From a candidate division WOR-3 bacterium (GTDB lineage Bacteria > SDB-A): 64,000 nucleotides of DNA. Below the pieces are notes generated by a model, which saw only the letters and a program-made list of their open reading frames with translations, ran no database searches and was not told where the DNA came from. The translations under genes and the position numbers were made by a program. This document shows, piece by piece, positions 56,963 to 64,000 of the stretch; positions within the stretch are counted from its first letter, which is position 1, and every line of letters begins with the position of its first letter. The stretch covers positions 41,503 to 105,502 of the forward strand of contig JAFGSQ010000024.1 of NCBI GenBank assembly GCA_016934535.1, read 5' to 3'.

Positions 56963-58167
56963 ATTTCCTCCAAAAAAAACTTGTCCGTCCGTTTCGTATT
57001 TTTTCTTGTTTCGTCTCCGACAAAACTTTCAGGCCTGAGTGATTTCAATTTTCCGCCTTCCGGAAGGGGAGCAGAATATCCGGTTACTTCGAATTCTCCT
57101 GTAAGTATTCTGTCTTTCAAAACGCAAGCGATGTTTCTCGATTTGTGTATGCCGGATATGAGAAAAGTTCGCACTGTTCTGCCGAAGAGTTCAACTTTTC
57201 CTGAGGCGAGTTCGGAATAAGTGAAAAAGCAAAGTCTTTCTTTGTCCTTTGTCGAAAAATCCGCGATAGGCACTTCGATGTCTCTGTTTCTCACCGATGC
57301 GTAAAAAGCACTATCTTCGTCTGTTATCGGGACAGGCACTCCTATACCGACAAAAAGGCTCACTCCATAATTCCTGAAATAAGCAGGGCCGATGAATTCC
57401 GTGTCCATTTTTTTCAAGTCGCCGATGACTGATATTGACGCAGCGTTTTTCAGCGGTATTCCACGGGAATTCCTCTCGGTGACTGTCTCGTGCTGAGTTC
57501 CGTTCCAGCAGATAAATCCCTGAGCGCCGCATAGAAATATTTTTGTACCTATACCTATATTTTTGAGATAAGGGTCGTTTATAAGAGGGCTAAGTTCCCC
57601 CGTCGTGCAAAAATTAATATTGCCGGCTTTTTTCCGAAGAGTGCCCATGTATGTGTGTATGTCTTTTTCTGAAAGATTGAGCGCTGCAGGATAGTTTTGA
57701 TAGGCGTTTCTCGGATTGAAAAGAAATGCTTCGTTTATTTCATATTTGGAAACTTGCGTCGCAAGTTCTTTTTTCGGATAACAATCCGTCCCCTTCGCTT
57801 TCGCTTCTAGTAAAATCTTTTCACCCTTGACTAGAGAAAAGATCACGTTTGCCCCTCCGTATTTAGGATCTTCCTCAGATGTTTGTGCGGCTCCTATGTA
57901 AGCGTCTGCGGCGGCTATTCCTCCGTGCGCTCTGACTTTGTTCAAAAATATCTCTTCCATTCTTATCGGCGGAGAACAGTTCCCGAAATTCAAAAAAGCT
58001 CCGCTGGAACACATTGGAGAAAAAGTGGCTGTCGTGACAACGTCAACTTTCTCCGCGAGCTCCTTAGGTGATTTTTCGCATGCCATTTTTTTGAATTCTT
58101 CGGCTGTAAGCACTACCCCTTTTCTGTTTTTTATTTTTTCACGGATTTCTTCCAATGATTTGTTCAT
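56950..58167 (-). CDS. Homocysteine biosynthesis protein (DUF39; aspartate-semialdehyde sulfurtransferase-like)
   Basis: VDVVTTATFSPMCSSG, NPRNAYQNY, TYMG, GELSPLINDP, IGIGTKIFL.GAQG and GIGVPVP; AAAGAGG RBS. Confidence 0.87.
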   Translation of the reverse strand: MNKSLEEIREKIKNRKGVVLTAEEFKKMACEKSPKELAEKVDVVTTATFSPMCSSGAFLNFGNCSPPIRMEEIFLNKVRAHGGIAAADAYIGAAQTSEEDPKYGGANVIFSLVKGEKILLEAKAKGTDCYPKKELATQVSKYEINEAFLFNPRNAYQNYPAALNLSEKDIHTYMGTLRKKAGNINFCTTGELSPLINDPYLKNIGIGTKIFLCGAQGFICWNGTQHETVTERNSRGIPLKNAASISVIGDLKKMDTEFIGPAYFRNYGVSLFVGIGVPVPITDEDSAFYASVRNRDIEVPIADFSTKDKERLCFFTYSELASGKVELFGRTVRTFLISGIHKSRNIACVLKDRILTGEFEVTGYSAPLPEGGKLKSLRPESFVGDETRKNTKRTDKFFLEEICLP

Positions 58168-58229
58168 TGTTTACCTCTTTACGCGCGCGAAAACGCGCAG
58201 AAATAAATTTTGTGTGTAACTTTGTTTTG

Positions 58230-58262
58230 AAAAAAAAGACTTACACGCGCATTCGCATGTAA
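58230..58262 (-). terminator. Terminator-like hairpin (candidate attenuator) in the met operon leader
   Basis: Minus strand T-TACATGCG-AATG-CGCGTGTA-A (9 bp, one G.U pair), then GTC and T8; overlaps the last codons of the leader peptide. Confidence 0.6.
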
Positions 58263-58369
58263 TGGGAGGGCATAATGCTTTTGGATGACTGCGTGCTGAA
58301 ATCCGGCGATTCGACAGCACCGCAGAAGATCACGCCGGCCTCGCTTGTCTGGGCGAAGATATTTTTCAT
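58241..58369 (-). CDS. Putative leader peptide (42 aa, Met at 33/38/40)
   Basis: AGGAGG (58380-58375), 5 nt, ATG 58369; MKNIFAQTSEAGVIFCGAVESPDFSTQSSKSIMPSHYMRMRV*. Confidence 0.65.
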   Translation of the reverse strand: MKNIFAQTSEAGVIFCGAVESPDFSTQSSKSIMPSHYMRMRV

Positions 58370-58395
58370 CCTGACCTCCTTATTAAGATTTCGGA

Positions 58396-58423
58396 ATGAT
58401 AAGACTTTTTTAAAAAAAAGCAA
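58396..58423 (-). promoter_or_regulatory. Promoter for the met leader and operon
   Basis: TTGCTT (58423-58418), 16 nt spacer, TATCAT (58401-58396), just upstream of the leader RBS. Confidence 0.55.
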
Positions 58424-58457
58424 GCCGTTTTTTAAAGCATGCTACTTCAAAAAAAAA

Positions 58458-59744
58458 TCACGAAAAAGAGACGTCTTTTATCAGCACGTAAGGGGATCTC
58501 GCATTTCCGTAATCTGTCGTCTCTTTTGAGACCGCATCTATGTTCAATAGCATTTCAGCGGTGTTCGCCGTCATCATGATTTCTTTTACCGGACATTTTA
58601 TTCTGCCGTTTTCTATGTAATAACTGTTTTTACACACGCCGGATATCTCTCCGCCGACGCTGGGAGAGCCGCCTGAAAATCTATCGAGAAATATTCCTTT
58701 TTTAACGTTTTGAATCATAGACTGTAAATCTTGATCCCCGGGAAGTATTTCGGTGTGATTGCCGCTCAGATTTTTGGATCTTGGAAGTCCCGTCTTCCTC
58801 GATCCGTAGTAAGAAATAAAATAACTCTTTAAAATACCATCTTTAATTACGTCCATATCTTCAGTCAAAAATCCGTCAAAAGTAAAATAATCCCTGAAAA
58901 CAGACTTGTCTGAGAGGGGCGAGATTTTAATATTCAGGAGAGGCGAAGCTATTTTTTCCCCGAGTTTGTCGCTGTAAATACTCGTTCCGGTTATTAGTCT
59001 GTTTTCGTGCAGGGGATACAATAAATCATCCGACATTTCGAGCATTGCTTTGGGAGTGACTATGAGATCTCCTTTGAATTTTTCATTCAAAGCTATGCTT
59101 TCGATGTGTTCCACCGAGTTTTTAAGCAATGAATCCAGTCCGCATTTGTCAACAATATGTCCATTGATCTGATCTAAATCGAGTGAAAAATAATTGAAAG
59201 AAGAAATATTTTTGTCTCTTTTTGCAGTAAAGAAAAGCCATACATTGTAAAACGAACGATCTTGGGTGAAATAACATCCGTTGGTGTTTGCGTATGCTAT
59301 TTCGCTTTTTTTGTGAGAAAAAAAACTGTCTGAAAAAATCACTTCGGGATATCTTGACTTTGCTTCGTCTAAAAACTCCTGGAAGGCGTCATTCATTTTT
59401 TCTATGTCGGGTTCGCTCGAATTTCCCATAAATCTTCTTACTGAATTTTCGGGACTGATGTCGTTTGCTTCATCAGGAACTGCAGACATACACATATCAA
59501 GAAGAAGTTCTGCGGTATTCTTTATGTCTTCATTTGAAAAGTTATTAAGCGTAATATCGGCTTTTCTGTTATCGCAATATGCTTCTATCTGAATTTCGTT
59601 ATTCTGAGTTGACCTGAAAAAATTTATTTTATCCTTCTCGACGTTCAATTCGGCTATTTCTCTTTTGAAACTTAACAACGCGCTTTTTTGAGCGCCTTTC
59701 TTGACGACCTCATTTAATATTTCTCTCGACTTTTTCTCATCCAT
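58458..59744 (-). CDS. PmbA/TldE-family protein
   Basis: Adjacent to tldD; FDGF..VIKDGILKSY, RSKNLSGN, ISGVC..SYYIENG..PVKE..T and SPYV; no HExxGH. Confidence 0.85.
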   Translation of the reverse strand: MDEKKSREILNEVVKKGAQKSALLSFKREIAELNVEKDKINFFRSTQNNEIQIEAYCDNRKADITLNNFSNEDIKNTAELLLDMCMSAVPDEANDISPENSVRRFMGNSSEPDIEKMNDAFQEFLDEAKSRYPEVIFSDSFFSHKKSEIAYANTNGCYFTQDRSFYNVWLFFTAKRDKNISSFNYFSLDLDQINGHIVDKCGLDSLLKNSVEHIESIALNEKFKGDLIVTPKAMLEMSDDLLYPLHENRLITGTSIYSDKLGEKIASPLLNIKISPLSDKSVFRDYFTFDGFLTEDMDVIKDGILKSYFISYYGSRKTGLPRSKNLSGNHTEILPGDQDLQSMIQNVKKGIFLDRFSGGSPSVGGEISGVCKNSYYIENGRIKCPVKEIMMTANTAEMLLNIDAVSKETTDYGNARSPYVLIKDVSFS

Positions 59745-59745
59745 C

Positions 59746-61122
59746 TTAATTTCCTCCGATGTTCACTCTGCATTTTATAGCGGGGCCTCCCATTCCGACC
59801 GGCATTGGCTGTTTTTTCCCGCACATGCCGGAGCTTTCCCATCTCAATTCGTCCGAAATCATAGTTACAGTTTTCAATAGCTCAATAGCCACACCTGATA
59901 TAGTAGTGTCTTTGATAGCGTTTCGGAGCTTGCCTCCTTTAATTTCATAACCGTAAGTGACGGAGAACATAAACTCACTCGTCGAGTCCGCCTGGCCGTT
60001 TCCGGGATTTTCTAAAAAATAACCGTCTTCGATAGACGCTATCAAGTTTTCCAGTTTTTCATTGCCGGGCAAAATGCACGTATTTCTCATTCTTATAAGA
60101 GGCTCGTCGTCAAATTTATAAGCTCTCGCGTTACCAGTCGGTTCAATCTGGAAATATTCCGCAGACCTTCTGTTGTGCATGTAACTTTTTAGTATTCCGT
60201 TTTCTATCACGACTGCGTCCTTCGCCTTGATGCCTTCGTCATCGTAATAAACCGGCGAAGGACAGGTCTTTCCGAACGCTGTGTTGGCGAAATCAGTAAG
60301 ATTTACGATTTCGGAAGCGACCTTTTGATCAAGAAGATCAGCCGCAACCGAACCACCAAAGACAAAATCTGCTTCAGTTGTATGCCCCATCGCCTCGTGC
60401 GCCAGTATACCGGCTAAGTCAGCGCCGAGAATAACTTCTTTTACACCTGCATCGGGGACTAATCCGTTGCATTTTTTAATCAGTTTATCATAAAGCATGT
60501 CTATACCGCTGAAAACATCATCAGGGGAACCGTAAATATCCTCTATGTCACCTAAGCCTCCGAAAGAATCGCTGAGGTTTATCGGGTGTGAATCTGTTCC
60601 TGATGACAGAGTTATCCTAAGTAAAGATCTCGGTATAATTTGACTCACGTGAGCTCCTTCTGAAGTCAGAAGTTCTTTGTTCATTTTCAAATGATAATAT
60701 GTGATTTGTCTGCTCTTGAGATCGGGATATTTTTCCGCAACGTAAGTGTCAATTTCTTTGACGAATTCCATTTTCTGTTTTCTCGTGAGTTTTTGCTTTT
60801 TTGTCGAAAGATTTATTTCGAAATCTTCATGTTTCGGATCTGTGAAAATTTTATCGCTGCTTTTTACGCGTGAAGAAATGAAAGCGGCATTTTCTTCTGC
60901 TTTTTTTAGAATTTTTCGAATGTTTTCTTCATCTTGTTCGGGACAAGACGCGAAACCCCAGAGGCCATTTTTGAAAACTCTTGCACTGACTCCGCTCTCT
61001 CTTTTTTCATAGTTTGTCACGCAGTCACCGTTTATGAGAACAATTATTTCGTTTTTGTTTTCCTGAAGCCGCAATTCAGTATAATTTTTGAAACACTCAT
61101 TAAATTTTTCAAGTTCAGTCAT
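59746..61122 (-). CDS. tldD: TldD-family metalloprotease
   Basis: HEAMGHTTEAD, YDDEG, PTGNAR, IRMRNT and CGKKQPMPVGMGGP. Confidence 0.92.
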   Translation of the reverse strand: MTELEKFNECFKNYTELRLQENKNEIIVLINGDCVTNYEKRESGVSARVFKNGLWGFASCPEQDEENIRKILKKAEENAAFISSRVKSSDKIFTDPKHEDFEINLSTKKQKLTRKQKMEFVKEIDTYVAEKYPDLKSRQITYYHLKMNKELLTSEGAHVSQIIPRSLLRITLSSGTDSHPINLSDSFGGLGDIEDIYGSPDDVFSGIDMLYDKLIKKCNGLVPDAGVKEVILGADLAGILAHEAMGHTTEADFVFGGSVAADLLDQKVASEIVNLTDFANTAFGKTCPSPVYYDDEGIKAKDAVVIENGILKSYMHNRRSAEYFQIEPTGNARAYKFDDEPLIRMRNTCILPGNEKLENLIASIEDGYFLENPGNGQADSTSEFMFSVTYGYEIKGGKLRNAIKDTTISGVAIELLKTVTMISDELRWESSGMCGKKQPMPVGMGGPAIKCRVNIGGN

Positions 61123-61382
61123 AATTCCTCCTGTTGAAAAATGATACTATCATAAATTATTAAATTTTGCAATGTTCATTGGGGTCGTGCTGAAAGATGG
61201 AAATAAAATACAATAATCCGTCAAACATCTATAAACTTCATAACATCATATTTTAAGAAAAAATATACATATTACTGCGACGATTTTTACCAATTATCTG
61301 GGAAAAATATGAATTTTAAGACGAATCTTATTTTTTTTTATAATAATTTCATTGATTTTGTGCTATAATCATACATTAAAAT

Positions 61383-62390
61383 ATGAAAAGATACTCAGAC
61401 AACAAAAAAGAATACATCTCCAGAATAAACAGGGCGATGGATTTCATACAAAGCAATCTGCAAAATTCTCTCACTCTAAAAGAGATAGCAGGGGTTTCAA
61501 ATTTCTCTCCGTATCATTTCCACAGAATTTTCAGTTCAATTGTCGGCGAAACTCTCAACAACTTCATAAACAGATTGAGAATTGAAAAAGCCGCCTCGCT
61601 GCTTTTATCAAAAAAAGACAAATCCGTGACAGAAATCGCATACGACTGCGGATTTTCTAGCTCATCTTCTTTCGCCAGAGCTTTCAAGGAGATGTACAAA
61701 ATGAGCGCCAGCGATTGGCGAGGAGGCGGACACGCCGTCAACAGCAATATTCGCAAATCAAACAGCAAAAACTGTAAAACGGAAAGCAAGAACGGGAAAG
61801 AAAATAATTCCTCATTGTCATACAATGACGAAGCGATGAACTCCGTAGAAAAAAAATCGCTTCAACTTCAAACAATGAGGAGGAAAAAAATGCCGAAAGT
61901 AAAAGCGAACAAAATCAGCGTCGAAGAACTTCCAGAAATGTGCCTGGCTTACGTCAGACACATAGGACCTTATAAAGGCGACGACGCTCTTTTCAGAAGC
62001 CTTTTCGAAAAAATAATCCGATGGGCTGGTCCAAGAGACATTCTCTCAGGTCCTGACGTAAAATTTCTTTCTGTTTATCACGATGATCCTGAAATAACTG
62101 AATCAGATAAACTTAGAGTCAGCGTAGGCCTGACGGTTTCTCCCGAAACAGAAGTGGCGGGAGAGATAGGAAAAATGACAATACCTTCGGGCAAATACGT
62201 CCTGGCTAATTTCGAAATTGAACAAAACCAGTACCAGGATGCATGGGACACAGTTTTCGCCGACTGGTTCCCTAAAAGCGGTTACGTATGCGACGACAGA
62301 CCTTGTTTCGAATGGGCGCTAAACGACCCTGATGAGCATCCTGAAAAAAAACATATAATCAATATTTGCGTTCCTGTAAAACCTTTATAA
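61383..62390 (+). CDS. AraC-family transcriptional regulator with GyrI-like effector domain
   Basis: FSPYHFHRIF, CGFSSSSSFARAFK, YVRHIGPY, YHDDPEIT and DDRPCFE. Confidence 0.92.
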   Translation: MKRYSDNKKEYISRINRAMDFIQSNLQNSLTLKEIAGVSNFSPYHFHRIFSSIVGETLNNFINRLRIEKAASLLLSKKDKSVTEIAYDCGFSSSSSFARAFKEMYKMSASDWRGGGHAVNSNIRKSNSKNCKTESKNGKENNSSLSYNDEAMNSVEKKSLQLQTMRRKKMPKVKANKISVEELPEMCLAYVRHIGPYKGDDALFRSLFEKIIRWAGPRDILSGPDVKFLSVYHDDPEITESDKLRVSVGLTVSPETEVAGEIGKMTIPSGKYVLANFEIEQNQYQDAWDTVFADWFPKSGYVCDDRPCFEWALNDPDEHPEKKHIINICVPVKPL

Positions 62391-62393
62391 CAT

Positions 62394-62520
62394 TTCGGAG
62401 GTCGGGCTGAAAAATCGGAATAGATCAAATTTGTTCTCGAAGCCTCCATTTGAGAAAATCGATCATCCCGCGCACAGCAAACCGGTGATTCCGTTTTTCG
62501 GCCCGACTCTGAAGTTTTTT
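62394..62520 (+). repeat. Long imperfect inverted repeat / stem-loop followed by T6
   Basis: 62394-62421 TTCGGAGGTCGGGCTGAAAAATCGGAAT pairs with 62488-62513 ATTCCGTTTTTCGGCCCGACTCTGAA (about 26 bp, two bulges, G.U pairs); inner TTCTC/GAGAA hairpin. Confidence 0.7.
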
Positions 62521-62577
62521 CCCATTTACAATTTCTGAACTATTGAGCGTTGCATTTCTTTGGGGTAATATAACTTC

Positions 62578-64000
62578 ATGAAATGCAGTTCGTGCGGTTT
62601 TGAAAATTCGGAAAAATCTAATTATTGCTGTAATTGCGGCTCAATACTTTTCAAATCGACGACTCAGGAGGAAAGAAAGCTTTCGTCGATATTATTCGCC
62701 GACTTGTCTGGTTTTACCGGACTTTCACACGATCTGGAACCGGAAGAAGTCGCGGAAATAGTAACCGCATATTCAGGCATCATCAATCCAATAATCATCC
62801 GAAACGGCGGTTTTATACGTGGTTATCAAGGTGATTCTGTAATCGCGCTGTTCGGAATTCCAAAGGCGGCGGAAGATGATCCAGAAAGATCAGTCAAGTG
62901 TGCCAATGAAATATTACAAGCCGTCCCGTCGATAAATGCAAAAATATTCGAAATAACCGGTAAGTCCTTTAACATCGGAATTCACGCAGGGATTAACAGC
63001 GGAATAATCGCCTTGAGCGAAACCCGCAGTCCGATTAAAAAGGAACAAACTGTACTTGGAGATGCCGTAAACATAGCTTCGAGAATAATGAACCTTGCCC
63101 AGAAAAACGAAATTTATGTTGCAGAACATGTTTTCAGGCAGACCAAGCATTTTGCCGAATACGGAATTTTAGAAGACTTCTTTGTCAAAGGTTTAAAAGA
63201 CAAAATTCGGGTCTGCAAATTTATAGGTTTGAAAGAAAAACCTTCGCAAAAAAGACTTCTCATGGAATCAGATCAGTGCTTTGTCGGAAGAGACGAATCA
63301 CTCGGGAAATTATTTCAATTCGTTAAAAATGCTCCTGAAAACAAGATATCAGCTCTTTTCATAACGGGAGACGCGGGTATAGGGAAAACCAGGTTGATCA
63401 TGGAGTTTAATAAAAGCCATATTAATATTAAAAGAGATTTGCTGGTTTTTTCACAGTGCCCGCCCATGGGTGAAAATTTTGTAAACTACACTCTCGTAAA
63501 AATTCTGGAAAAAATATTCAGCATTGATAAAAAGGATACGGTTGAAGATAAAAAATCAAAAATTATGTCCAAATACACATTGTCATCCAAGAACAGAGGT
63601 CTTGAGGGATTGAGATTTATCTTCTATTTAATGTCTATCGCGCCGGAAAAGGGATTGCCGATTCCTGAATATATAGACCCAAAATCATTAAAACTTGAGA
63701 TATATTCAGCAATACAGGAAATATTGATCAATTTATGCTCAACAAAACGAGTCTTTTTGATCATCGACGATTTTCATTGGATCGACAGATCATCCGCGGA
63801 TTTTTTTATTTATCTTTCTGAAATGCAAAAAGATATCCCGCTGATTATGATTTTTTTATCGCGTATGGAAAAAAGAGGCCCTCATAAAGATTTCAGCGAC
63901 GTCATTCAAAAGAATTGTTACAAGAAATTTTTCGACATTGAACTTCTACCCCTTGATTACTCGCAGAGCAGGGAAATCTTTAACTTCCTTGTTTCAGACA
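62578..64000 (+). CDS. Zinc-ribbon, class III nucleotide cyclase and AAA(16)-type ATPase protein, partial (runs off the window end)
   Basis: Not in the ORF track. Hand translation from ATG 62578: MKCSSCG..CCNCG, LFADLSGFT, QGDSVIALFG, TVLGDAVNIASR, FVGR, GDAGIGKT (Walker A) and LIIDDFHW (Walker B); no stop before 64000. Confidence 0.9.
   Translation, partial: MKCSSCGFENSEKSNYCCNCGSILFKSTTQEERKLSSILFADLSGFTGLSHDLEPEEVAEIVTAYSGIINPIIIRNGGFIRGYQGDSVIALFGIPKAAEDDPERSVKCANEILQAVPSINAKIFEITGKSFNIGIHAGINSGIIALSETRSPIKKEQTVLGDAVNIASRIMNLAQKNEIYVAEHVFRQTKHFAEYGILEDFFVKGLKDKIRVCKFIGLKEKPSQKRLLMESDQCFVGRDESLGKLFQFVKNAPENKISALFITGDAGIGKTRLIMEFNKSHINIKRDLLVFSQCPPMGENFVNYTLVKILEKIFSIDKKDTVEDKKSKIMSKYTLSSKNRGLEGLRFIFYLMSIAPEKGLPIPEYIDPKSLKLEIYSAIQEILINLCSTKRVFLIIDDFHWIDRSSADFFIYLSEMQKDIPLIMIFLSRMEKRGPHKDFSDVIQKNCYKKFFDIELLPLDYSQSREIFNFLVSD

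Noticed and set aside
58241-58423. SAM-I (S-box) riboswitch upstream of the met operon
   Set aside because: CTTATC and GGTGCT fragments are present, but the AGAG, kink-turn/GCAACC core and matching P1 3' strand are not. The track's 60-aa ORF from TTG 58423 was also rejected in favour of ATG 58369, which has the RBS.
62385-62522. Canonical integron attC site
   Set aside because: The spacer is 5 nt on one side and 3 nt on the other, R' (GTTTTTT) does not complement R'' beyond AAC/GTT, and no integrase is in the window. Kept only as a weak hypothesis.
62578-62900. Frameshift between the zinc ribbon and cyclase domain, suggested by the short track ORF 62634..62834
   Set aside because: Codon-by-codon reading shows one continuous frame from ATG 62578 (..CGSILFKSTTQEERKL..). 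The gene is missing from the track only because it has no stop in the window.

Overview
Core-genome region of a diderm bacterium, densely coding on both strands. T9SS-type C-terminal sorting domains, a GT9 heptosyltransferase and several outer-membrane barrels suggest an FCB-related candidate lineage such as WOR-3 (inference only). I saw no CRISPR array, transposase, integrase, prophage gene or rRNA. In order, the window holds: a partial secreted protein; a GATase-like/cca/MazG cluster; Roadblock, peptidase-propeller-Omp85 and a sugar ABC transporter; tRNA-Leu(TAG)-tig-clpP-clpX-ktrB-ktrA, a response regulator with a degenerate HD-GYP domain, and amrB-amrA; a minus-strand envelope cluster (GT39-like, SIMPL, PatB, long SppA, FG-GAP/T9SS cargo); GT9; a pilin-like gene and a family-5 solute-binding lipoprotein fused to a TonB C-terminal domain; rpmE and rho; an SPFH/zinc-ribbon cluster with outer-membrane genes; purM; hsp20-lon-EIIA-like-aspS-def; stomatin plus an Hps-like gene; a methionine operon (DUF39, UPF0280, metF, split metH); tldD/pmbA; AraC-GyrI; and a partial cyclase-AAA protein. 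The two strongest leads are a Met-codon-rich leader peptide overlapping a terminator-like hairpin ahead of the methionine operon (candidate Met attenuator) and the solute-binding protein/TonB_C fusion.
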